Position numbers and translations under genes: made by a program. The notes beneath the pieces are model-generated. The model saw only the letters and a list, made by a program, of their open reading frames with translations, did no database searches and was not told where the DNA came from. A stretch of DNA of 64,000 bases, from contig CM060733.1 of the NCBI GenBank assembly GCA_030704615.1, positions 12,338,001-12,402,000 of the forward strand, in the 5' to 3' direction. Each line of letters starts with the position of its first letter. Position 1 is the first letter of the stretch. The stretch comes from Takakia lepidozioides. Lineage: Eukaryota > Plantae > Bryophyta. Shown here in pieces: positions 27,573 to 38,914 of the stretch.

Positions 27573-27673
27573 TATTAGAGAGAGAGAGATGACTCCGGCC
27601 GAAACCGGCGTAACTAAGAGCCACTTCGCCTTGCGGCTACTGCTCGTTTCCAGGGGTGGGCCCTACTGGCTAG
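27573..27673 (+). mobile_element. Possible tiny non-autonomous Helitron
   Basis: Ends in a GC hairpin CCAGGGGTGGGCCCTACTGG followed by CTAG|T. Its motif GACTCC(G/T)GCCGAAACC(G/T)GCGTAACTAAGAGCCACTTC also occurs at ~23028-23065 after TCTACCTATATATAG. Confidence 0.35.
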
Positions 27674-27813
27674 TATAACAACTTCACGAGTTATATGCAG
27701 ACATGTATTTTTATTGCGTCGCACACTTATTCAACATTGAATTTTGTGCTCAAAATTACATCTCTGATGTACTTTTCTGCATTCTTATAGGACACCATAT
27801 GCCTCTATACTAA

Positions 27814-28219
27814 GAGCATCTCCACGGTGACCACGGCACTTGCCCCAAAACGGCAATCTACCGCGCGCGGGGTCCAAAAAAGTAGCGGAGCTTACTCCAG
27901 GGTTGGCTCAGCCTGGTAGATTAGCTGCCGCCCCCCTAAATCTGCCTCCTGCCCCGCACTTTTGCCAATCATAACGGACCCTGCCAACCACGGTACATTA
28001 GATTTGAGAGTTATTTCTGAGTTAATGAGATATGATGTCCTCGGTCAACGTCAACGCACCAAGATCGTGATCGAGCGACAGTCCTGAGTGCTATATCTGT
28101 CGGGTCTCCTACCGTCCCAACCATGGAGTGTCAGCCAACCTCTCCTTGTAAAAAATACCGTCGCCCCTCTAATCAGGGTATATAACGTTTGACGGGCCGT
28201 GCTCACCGTGGAGATGCTC
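27814..28219. mobile_element. Tourist-like (PIF/Harbinger) MITE, 406 bp
   Basis: TAA|GAGCATCTCCACGGTGACCACGGC ... GCCGTGCTCACCGTGGAGATGCTC|TAA: 24-bp near-perfect TIRs and a TAA TSD. Confidence 0.9.
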
Positions 28220-30520
28220 TAAGAGATCCATTTCAGGTTTTGAGGAAGTAGATTTTTCTATGTACTTTTTGCAGATTTTAATATTTTTTAATGGTTCCAT
28301 TCCAACTGCATTTAAACTTCTGAACCACATGGCCCACCACCTCACATTAAAACTAGTAAATTCTAGCAAATTCTTCTACATGTAGATTATTTTAGAAAAT
28401 ACATGGGTCATGAAATTAGAGCATGCATGAGGGGCCATGATGCAGAGTTAACTATCTACATGGCGAGACATAATTGATCCACAGTTAGGCTCAGTCGGGT
28501 GGCAACTTTTGGGTCTTTTTTTTTTTTTTTATAATTACCAGTTCACTATTGTGGTGCATTCCACATCCTCCGGGCAGGGATGATGTGAAACATTTCATTA
28601 TCAATAACTCAATTTTTGAAATGGGCTCACTTTTGAATTGCAAAGCTATGGAGGTCATTTTGACCCCCTTCAAATACATACAAAGGACCCTAATTTTTTT
28701 TTTAAATGTTGTTTGGCTTGAAATTTTCACAGTAGTTGGTGAAGGTACCGAGGTAGAAGCAAGAAAAATCAAAATAACTTGGTAAAAGTTCAAATTTCAT
28801 ACTTTGCAAAATCCAAAAACAAAAAAATATCCCATTAAAACACTAAAATCTCTCTTGTACTCATATGGTGATTTTCTCCGCAATTTGACGAGTGGAAGTA
28901 CATGGTAGCCAAGGTGAATGTGATAAGGTTCATATTTTTGGATGTAAAAAAGTAGGTGTGTAACCTCAGTTAACTTGTTAGTCTAGGTCATTTTTTGGGG
29001 GGGGTGAAATTTGCCCAATGGTGGGCCCTTAAGGGTTAAGCCCTAATAACAACCCATGTAACCAAAATAATGGAGACATTGCTAAAAGTACACTTGTAAA
29101 GTATACTGGATTTTATTAGTATAACGAGCATCAATAAATTTTGTTGTATAAGCAACATCAGGCCATCCAAGAGAAATATGAGTAGAGTGGTGGTTCGCAC
29201 ATCTGCTCTTTCCATAGCTTCATAGCTGTAACGGGACTTGTAGGCACTCAATTTGCACTCCCGCCAACATTCGCGTGAACAACTTGCTCACACATACCAA
29301 CCCTACGCATAACAAGGGTGCCTAGAGTTTGGTGGTGGACCACCCAACAAGGGGAGACATGTTGGGCCATTCATATCCTCCTCTAACAATATCATGATTA
29401 AAAGAAGCAACTGAAAATAGTTGTGTCACCTTTGCCAGACTTGTCTCTACGATTATATCACCAAGTGAGAAAGGGAAAGCTAGGTGGGCCAGCTAGCAAA
29501 ATATCTAGTATTTTGATGATGATGTATCATACACTCTACCCAGTTGTTTATTATTATTATTGATTTATAATTTAAAGGAAACACGACTGCTCATGGCACA
29601 AATCAGGCCCCTTAATAATAGTGTGAGAAAAAAATATTAACCTCTTTCAAAGTAACCTCATCATGGGGCGTCGAGCACAAGGCTCAACGGACACCGCCCG
29701 AGGGCTTGTTTGCTGTTTTTATTTTCGGAACGATTAGGGGTGCTTATTATCTACGTATCACTATAAATCTACACATATGAGAAGGTGCATTTTTTTTAAA
29801 ACTAGAGTTTGCACTTGCATATACATAGATAAGAAGATATAATACTTTATAAATGTGTAAAAAGATTTATGAAGAAATAGACTATAGAACATCCATAATA
29901 TTGAGAGAAATTTGCTCAGTAGTTGCAATGCATTCGAAAGCCATAGTGATTCAAAAGAATGGCCAAAGAATTTGAAGAATTACGTGGCATATCTTATGTG
30001 ATAGGCTACAGATGACAGTCATATCTCTCTCATTGCACTCAAATCTTACATCATACTATTGTTGAAAGAACTTTTATTGAACTTTGATCCAAGGGGTGGT
30101 GGATGCTAACTGCAAAATTTTGGGATTTCAATTGTAGATGGACTAGTCGTAGTTATGATTGGGCTATGTTCCAAACTACGAATATTAGGAGACAAGGGGA
30201 AAATGAAAGCCTCCATTGTGGGAAAAATTAACATAATACCTCATGGTTCCCCTCTCCAGTACACTAATCAGGAAATGCATGAGATGTGGGGAAGATGGCA
30301 CACTCCAGGATTGATTTCTACTCACAAACAGATGAGGTAGAAGTACCTGATTTTACATATCCTAAAATGAAGACTATTCAAGTAACATTTCACACGTTTA
30401 TTCACGGGACAAGTTTCACACGTTTCCTCTGGTCACAATGGCAACAAATTTAAATGTTGGATATACATGTGCGAGGAGGTGATGTACCCTATTCATAATC
30501 TGGACCTCCAGTTTTCATAT

Positions 30521-33500
30521 TGTCATGGTTTTAGTCATGGTTAACTAGAATTACCTACCTCTAGCTAACTAGGACATTTTAGATATTAATATTTGTATTT
30601 TGTGCATTGGGACTTCATTAGGTTCCATGTGCCAAGTGATATGACTAATCTCACTTGGGATGTGGAATGGGTTATCTCCACGTGAGGCTTGGGAAGGCTC
30701 ATCTTCTTCTAGTTGAGCCTCCATAGCCTGAGCTCTTGAGAGAGAGTGTGTGAGGGTTAGTAGGGTGGATTCCTTTAGCAATGCCCTTGGCTTGACTTAT
30801 ATATAAGTGATGGAATGGATTTACATTTGAAAGGACTAGGGTGTGGTCTTAGTGTGTTTTCTTTCATGTTTGAGAGTGGTTTGATGATCTGTCACTTCTC
30901 TCATTTCTCAACTCTTTTCACTAGAAGAAGATGACCTTATGCTTGTGAGTGCGGAGTGTAAGGATTAGTTTAGCACTTGTGTGTTGAAAAGAGCTTGGTA
31001 GAGAGCTCTTGAGTTGCAAGGTGTTGCCGATGTTGCAAAGGAAAATCCTTGTGGCGTGGAGAACATGGATGTTAGGGTTTGAGAAGCATTACTTTACTCT
31101 ATAGAGGTGGAGCTCTTAAGGAGAGAGCCCTCACATCACAAAGCTTGCATGGTTTTGCAAGAAAGAAGGCTTGTATGTGCACTAAGGGTTTGAGAGCTTC
31201 GAGAAGAGCTCTTGCATCACAAGAGAAGCGTCTTGTGTGCGGAGAAGATAGACACTAGGGTTTCAAGATCAAGCTCTAGTTGTTCATGGTGTGAAAGAGA
31301 AACCAAAGAGAGGCACATGCTTAGGTTGGAAACACCATAGAAGGCGTACAAAGGTAGCTTGATGAGCATTGAGTAGCTCAAGAGAAGCTAAGAAGTGGTT
31401 GTTCTATCCATGGTGAAATGAAGCCAAGTGGGGTTTCATTTGGTTGACAAACAAGCAAGCTAAGGCGCAACTTTGCTAGTGTTATGAGTTCTTGGATTGC
31501 TCTTTGGTGAAGCAACTGGTTGACCAAGCAAGTGGCGCATGTGTGGAGCATGCTTTCCAAGTGCGGCTTCCAACTTCAAGCTGAGGAGAGCTAGAAGGTG
31601 AAGGGAACAAGCTCATTCCTTTGTGTATGTGGTGATGCTTATGTGGAGCATGTTTTCAGTCCATTGAGGCTTCTATTTTCAAGCCTTGGAGAGTAAGAAT
31701 GAAGGAAAATGGCTGGTTTCCACTTAGGTGAAGGAAAAGCACTTGTAGAGCATATGTTTGAGTTAGGGTTTCAACCTTAAGCTTTAAGAAAGCACGACTC
31801 TTGAGCTAGCAAGTGAAGGGACTTGAATCTTCCTCTTTGCATGAGATGGAGATGTATTGATGCTTGGAGAAGCAACACATAGAAGCCAAGAGTGGAGCAT
31901 GTGTGTGGATGGCCAAAGAAGAGCACATGAATGAGTGCAAGACTTGGTTGTTTGTCAAATGAGATAAAAAACTTGATTCTTGAGCTCCAAAGAGAAGTGA
32001 AGCTTGTTGTGTGGCACATGCATTGCTAGGTGAGATGGAACCAAGCTTGGTTGTGGCTTGAGGTGAAGAAGATCAAGGTAGTTTGCCTTGGTATCTCATA
32101 AAAGTCATGGATGCTTGAGGAGAGCAAGCATGAAGCTCAAAGAAGCACAAACCCTAGCATGAGGTGCACATAAAACCCTAGGTTCATGGGAACAGCCACC
32201 AAAGTGTGGGAATGGTCACTGTAGTCTGGGAACCGTCACTGTGGTGTGGGAACTGTCACTGTAATCTGGGAACCGTCATTGTAGTGTGGGAACGGTCAGT
32301 ACAGGCTGGGAATATAGTGACATATAAAGACAATATAGGGCTTTTGGAGGATTTTCAAGGGCCTTTTGGAGGATTGTTGGGGGGATCTTTGGGGTCCTTT
32401 GAGGAGCTTTTGGAAGACACTCTGAGGAACTTTTGTAAGGCACTTTGAGGAGCTCTTGAAGGGGTGTTTGAATCCTTGAAGGCCAAGTTTTGACAAGTCT
32501 TTGGAGCCTTTGGAGGGCTATTTGGAGGACTATTTGGGGTCCTTGGAGGCCAATATTTGGCTTGAGGAGACTTTTGGCGACTTGTTGAAGGACTATTTGG
32601 GGTCATTGAGGGCCGAGATTTGGCAAGCTCTTGGGGCCTTGGTGTACTGTTTGGAGTACCATTGTGCAAGCTTTCGGAGCCTTAGTGAGATTGTTCGAGG
32701 GACATCTTGAGGGCTCTTAGAGAGTTATTTGAGAGATCCTTGAAATGTCTTGTCTATTGCTTAAGCAAAAGAGTGTGGAGATAGGGTAGTGGGATGAGAG
32801 CATGTTGTGATAGGAATTGCTTTAGTCTCTCTTCCTTGTAGTTTTTCACCCTCTCTGTAGGTCAAAATCTTTCTGTAGGTGGAGGCATGAGTCAGTCCGG
32901 GTTTGGGCTGGGGTGTCTTGCAGGAGCGACACTACGGAGTGCTTTTGGTGTGGGGGAGTTATTGTTTTGATTTTCTTGTGTTTGGATCCCCTCCACACCT
33001 GCATGCTTGACTGTGCGTCATGTTAGCTTTGTGTGGGCGCTTGTTTTCATAGGAGGTTGGTCCAAATTTGATCACCAGCCAATCCTAGAACGTGCTGTCG
33101 GTGGTGTGGCTAGGATGATGACTAGTCAGACCATCATTGTTTCTCTTATGGTGAGGCTGGGTTGATGACCAGCAGACCATATGAGTGCTTGCGGTGGATG
33201 CAGGTGCCGGTGCAGGTTTATGTTATGAACCTAGTAGTCTAAGTCATAAGCTGCAACAGATTCTCTACCCGGTTACCTTGTGGAAATGGGGATTAGAGAC
33301 AGGTTTACAACAAGTGTGGTTGAGAGTTTCATCATGGAGGTGCCACTAGTTGCTGAGGGAAGTGCGGTACGAACACTAGCTATACTAGTGGATACACGAG
33401 ACGAGGTGTACGGTTTAGACCACTTTCACCTTCTGTGTCTTCTGAAGAGGGTTTTGATTCAGACTCTGAGATATCCACACCGCAGGTGCAAGCTATTTCC

Positions 33501-33865
33501 TTGCCATTGTTGTGGGACATGATGGAGGAAATGTATGGAGCTACCAAGGGGCCACGTCGGTACTCTGGAGCTGTGGGCACCATGGAGCTTGATGATTTCA
33601 TACATGAGTTTGATAGGTGTGATTTGCAGCGGATGCACAATCCACAACAGTTTACGTCTTTTATGGCGTGGAAGGGGCTGTTTCAACAACTTGAGGGGCC
33701 GCCCATGGACGATTACCATGAGTTTAGGCGGGGACATGAGGTGGAGATTGAGGAATGCAGGGAGTATTGGTCACCTGACTATATCTCCATTACCAGAGGC
33801 ACAAGAGCAGCGGCGACACCAGCAACTACACCAACATCCCCAACTGCGAGCACTAGTAGTGGGAC
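30521..33865 (+). mobile_element. Truncated LTR retrotransposon remnant (putative long LTR plus start of gag)
   Basis: Begins TGTCATGG and has a candidate LTR end ...TTTACAACA at ~33312. A gag-like stretch follows at 33435-33860 (RRYSGAVGTMELDDFIHEFDR-CDLQ...AWKGLFQQLEG). No canonical PBS and no second LTR seen. Confidence 0.45.
32204..32310 (+). repeat. 20-bp minisatellite, about 5 copies
   Basis: Unit approximately GTGTGGGAACGGTCACTGTA. Confidence 0.85.
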
Positions 33866-36800
33866 AAAGTTTGGAGTGCAAAACAGAGAAGAAACTATGG
33901 TTTTGGGTCCAAATGAATTTTGATCGCTCCCAAATTTGGCACGCACGTTGCATATGGAGTCATTACACGCCCCATTCAAAAATGGAATGAAAAAAAAAAA
34001 CATGATCACGCGAAACACAGTCCAACAGGTCCCAAAGTAATAGCAGATCCAACGGAATACATTCAACGGGTGAACGGATGGTTGCCCATCCAAATCATTT
34101 TTGTTTGCTTCCAAACTTAGCGAGTATGTTCGAGACACCCTCTCACAAGTCCTGGACTAATATGAAATCAATCGAAATTCATTCGATGGCTCAACGGATG
34201 GTTGACCATCGAAATGATTTTGGTTCGCTTTGAGACTTGGCCAGTATGTTCAATGTACCATGTAAGAGGCCCCATAGTAATATGAGATCAATCGAAATTC
34301 GTTCAATGGGCCAATGGATGGTTGCCCATCCAAATGATTTTCGTTCGCTTTGAGACATGACCAGTGTGTTCAATGTACCCTCTGATAGGTCCCAGTGTAA
34401 CATGAGATCAATCGAAATTTGTTCGATGGGCCAATGAGGCGTTCAGTTGTCATCTGGTTTTTGTTCATTGCGAAAAAAAAATCCTACAATGCGTGCACGG
34501 CTATTGCACCTATTGAACAGATGTGGTTGAAGCCCCTCTTTTGCCCACATGTGCTTGAACGTGTGTGCCACACATGTGCGGAGACACAACAGACGAATAA
34601 ATCATTTGCCTCCCCATCGACGCGCTCACCCTTCAAGCCATTCCAGAACTTAATTGAATTTAAATTTATTTTAAGCCAATAAATAGGTTTGCACTGCCTT
34701 TCATTGGGGGTTTATGGCACGTATCGATTTTGTTTCTGGCTCAATTTTGTTCTGCGGCTTCAAGCATCCCATTGCTACTCCCCCACCAAAATTTGGACCA
34801 ATCAAAAATGCCCCAAAAAAAAAGTGTTTTCTTCGCTCACTATTGCAGAACTCTCTATGAAAAATAAAACACAAATCAAGTTTGGAGTGCAAAACAAGGA
34901 AGCAACTGTGGTTTCAGGTCCAAATGAATTTTGATCGCTCCCAAATTTGGCATGCACGTTGCATATGGAGTCATTACATGCTCCATTAAAAAACGGAATG
35001 AAAAAAAAAAACATGATCACGCGAAAATGTTGTCCAACAGGTCCCAAAGTAATAGCAGATCCAACGGAATACATTCAACGGGTGAACGGATGGTTGCCCA
35101 TCCAAATCATTTTTGTTTGCTTCCAAACTTAGCCAGTACGTTTAAGACACCCTCTCACAGGTCCTGGACTAATATGAGATCAATCGAAATTCATTCGATG
35201 GCTCAACGGATGGTTGGCCATCGAAATGATTTTGGTTCGCTTTGAGACTTGGCCAGTATGTTCAACGTACCATGTAAAAGGCCCCAGAGTAATATGAGAT
35301 CAATCAAAATTCATTCAATGGGCCAACGGATGGTTGCCCATCCAAATGATTTTCGTTCGCTTTGAGACTTGGCCAGTGTGCTCAATGTACCCTCTGATAG
35401 GTCCCAGTGTAATAAAAGATCAATCGTTAACGATTTAATCATGAATCATCCAACAGGGGAACTGTGGGTTCACTCTTTGAACCATTTTACATTGAATTCA
35501 TACTTGTCCGGTAACTTTAAGGGGGCATGAACAAGACACTCGCAAAGTTTCAAATCAATCCAAAATCATTTGGCAGGGGAATGATTGGTTTACCCATAGC
35601 CAATTTCAGGGGCTGGACTTGCAATTTGAGGGGCTTCAATTGCCATTTCAGGGGCTGGACTAGCAATTGTCATTTCACAGGCTAGAATTGCAATTTGAGG
35701 GGTTGGAATTGACAATTTCAAGGGCTCAAATTACAATTTGAGGGGCGGCCGGAGTTGGCCATTTTACGGACTGGCATTATCAATTTTAAGGGCTTGAATT
35801 GCATTGTGAATTGTAATTCAAAGGTTAGAATGGGCCATTAGGGGGCTAGAATTACCAAAGCAATGACATCCAAAGCAATATAAAATCATTTGATAGCCGA
35901 ATGATTGGTTCACCCTTTCAACCATTTTTTATTCACGTCATACTTGTAAGGTACCTGTAAGAGGGCATGTGGCAAACACTTGCAAAGCTTCAAAACAATG
36001 TAAAAACATTTGATAGGGGAACAATTGGTTCACCTTTTCAACCATATTTTACTGACCTCATACTTGTCCGGTACTTTTAAGATGGCATGTGAAAGACACT
36101 TGCAAAGCTTCAAAGCACTCAAAAATCATTTGATATGTTCATGATTGATTCACCTTTCAACCATTTTAGATTGACTTGAAACTTGTGAAAGACGTGTAAG
36201 AGGGCATGTATAAGACACTTGCAAAGTTTCAAATCAATTTAAAATCATTTGGTAGGGGGACGATTGGTTCACCGTTTAAACCATTTTAGATTGACGTCAT
36301 ACTTCTCAAAGACGTGTAAGAAGGCATGCAGAAAACACTTGCAAAGTTTTGGAGCAATAAAATATCATTTCATCGGGGAAGTTTTCGTTCACCCTTTCAT
36401 CCAATTTTGAATTGAACTGGATTTTTACTAAATAAAATGATTTAGCGGGCATATGATTGTGGATTTGTGGGGCGCAATGATTTTATTTTTGGCTTGATTT
36501 TGTTCTGTGAGTTGAACCATCACACCACCACATCCTTGCCAGAAAATGTACCAAAGAAAAATGTTTGAAAAAAAACGTTCATCCTTTGCTCTGTGCTCAC
36601 TATTGCAGAACTCTCTATGAAGAATGCATGAAGTTGAAGATAACTTCACCTTGGAGTGCAAATGAGGGAATAAAATGTGGTTTTGGATGCAGACTCTTCA
36701 TGTTGTTGTCAAGCATATGGCTTTAGAATGGAATTAAATACAATTTATGTGCAGGCGAAAGGTTGTTTCTCGTCTGTACGACATATACCTCCGTTATGAA

Positions 36801-36955
36801 TTTGAATAACCCATTCAAACAATTTTGTTGAAGTTCAACTTTGGTCCACATGTGCTTAAGTATATACAAATCACATACACAAAGTTGCAAGTGAAGAAAA
36901 AATCATTTACCCCCCGAACGACTCGTTAAACCTTTCAACCAATTTTCAATCATGA
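33866..36955. repeat. Complex repeat block: ~560-bp duplication and oppositely oriented ~120-bp tandem arrays
   Basis: 33866-34430 is nearly identical to 34878-35425. ~121-bp units (CAACGGATGGTTGCCCATCCAAATGATTTT...) at 34060-34430 and 35080-35430; diverged reverse-complement units (AAAATCATTTGATAGGGG..ATTGGTTCACC) at 35440-36420. Confidence 0.85.
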
Positions 36956-38338
36956 ATCATTTCATACATGAGTTTGATAGTTGGTGTGATTTGCAGCTGG
37001 CAACGTCGACTGGACAGTGGAGGTTACTTGCGGAACCGACTCAGGTGATCTGGCCGTCACTGTCAGATCCACGTGTCTCTTCACCGTTTGAGTCTCATTT
37101 GAGCCTTTTCGTGTGTGTCATTTCCTCCGAATGGGATTCTTGGATCTACAAGAAAAGTATCGAAACAGTTGGTGGTTGTCCACAAAGATGTGCGAACGGA
37201 AATATGTATCCGGATGGAAATATATTTTTTTCGAAAGTCCAGAACAAAGGAAATGGAAAAAACATTCGGATTATTCCACTCACAACCACTCCTCCGAAAA
37301 CGTTCACACAAGACATCCCGTCCCTGCAAAAAAAAAAACCAAGTAATCGTAGGTGTCCGCTGGAACATGTCATGTGAAGATTAAGTCTAATTATATAACC
37401 TCCACTATGCAGTGGAGGTTGCATGAGATACAGATGAAAAAAGTCGGACGGGTGAATATGGTTACGTGGATGAATAATTGTAATGACGGATGAATGTGAG
37501 CATTGACGCAACTGTCCAGTAGAGGTCCACGACTTGATGGATGACGATACGGAAATTGGAGAGATGGACAAATATAGCGAAATGAGAGTATTGGACTGTA
37601 ATTTCTAAACGTGCAGATGAGAAATAAGTAGATTTTCCTGTAGACTATCGAAAACACACAGATGTCATAACATTTCATACGGGAGAAAATGAAGTTCACA
37701 CGAGAGATTATGGAAATTCAGAGAGGTACACCTGCGATGGCCACAGAGGTACAAGATGCTCAGAGAGGTGCACTATGGGCAGTGAGGTGGGAGATGACCA
37801 GAGAGGTGCGGGAAACACAATCTGCAAGTGAGAGGTATGGACATAAAAGTTTGAACAGTTTGCACTCAGACCTTATATAGAGGTGGAAACCAGGTTGCCC
37901 GCTGGAACCCCTCCAATGGGATAGTGCGATACATTGTCTCGCGGATCGATTTCCGGCGCCGTTGATATCCAATATGGCCACAATCGAACGGTTCTGGATG
38001 GTGCAGGAGTGCACTCTTTGAGCGATTTCGGAATGAGTGTCCTTGACTATGTCACAATTATGATGCCAGAATGATAACGGCCAATAACAGTGGTTCAATG
38101 GTATCGTACTCGTGCTTATAAAGCAGTATGTATTTCGCATTCAATGCTGTCCAAGTGGATCAAGGCCTGACGCCGTTGATAAGCGTTTCATGAAATCGTG
38201 CAGCTATGACACCGACCGAGAATGCGGCGAGCGTAAATGAGTGAGAGAAGAAATATTCCACGCCTTAATCCGCCGAATGTAGACATTGTCAGGAGCAATA
38301 ATTCGGACTACAGAATTCCAGCTCTTGTCGGATTCTGA

Positions 38339-38914
38339 CTTGTCTTTAGATGGGAAAAATATCGCGAAGTGTGGACAGAGTTGCACAAACACTTCAGGTT
38401 AGGGATTTGGAGCTCTATGATGTACAAGAACTTGCAGCCCATCCTGGATTTTTTGCTTCGCGGTCTCCCTCAACCGGCCTTCGTTATGTCTCAAGAGGAT
38501 TGTATTTCATGTCCTACTTCGGTTCACCCTCAATTCAAATCAGGATTGGACCCTCCTCATTTGTTTTTGAAGCCACTGGTCAAGGTCTGGCAAAGATTTG
38601 GTGGACAATACACCAAGAGTAACACTCTGCTAATTGACGACACCGCCATGAAATGTGTATTGAACCCGCCCGACTCATGTCTTGTTCTCAAACCGTTCCA
38701 GACCGTGGAGACTGATGGTTGCTATCTTTTCAAGGTTCTTCAGACCTATTTGCTTGGAATGAAGAAACATCCCACTGTTTCAAGCTATCTAAGGAAAAAA
38801 AAGATATGGTTGAGTCTTTTTCCCAATGTTTCAAACGATCCCAAGTTTAGCCCACTCTGGGATTTTATTGAGGACAACGGTTTTAAGAGTATCAGATATG
38901 ATGCTTCAAAATAA
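38339..38914 (+). pseudogene. FCP1/SCP-like (NIF, HAD) phosphatase domain, copy 1; N-terminus decayed; likely first exon of a spliced TE gene extending to ~40408
   Basis: FRLGIWSSMMYKNL...FVMSQEDC...LFLKPLVKVW...YTKSNTLLIDDTAMKCVLNP matches the NIF WSS, K and DD motifs. Downstream acceptor-bounded pieces at 39150 and 40387. Confidence 0.75.

Larger units (their letters stand above)
26676..29035. mobile_element. Non-autonomous piggyBac-like DNA transposon (TTAA TSD, CC...GG ends, ~200-bp imperfect TIRs) with nested insertions
   Basis: Left TTAA|CCTTTAAGGGCCTGCCATTGGGCAAATTTCACCCC; right GGGGTGAAATTTGCCCAATGGTGGGCCCTTAAGGG|TTAA. The inverted similarity extends through 26676-26862 / 28836-29035. 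No transposase ORF. Confidence 0.7.

Noticed and set aside
33851-33859. CACTAGTAG as a CACTA terminus
   Set aside because: Reads in frame as gag-like STSS, lacks the A-rich continuation and subterminal repeats, and has no partner end.
32204-36420. Regular repeats as a CRISPR array
   Set aside because: Units are tandem without unique spacers, the context is eukaryotic, and there are no cas genes.
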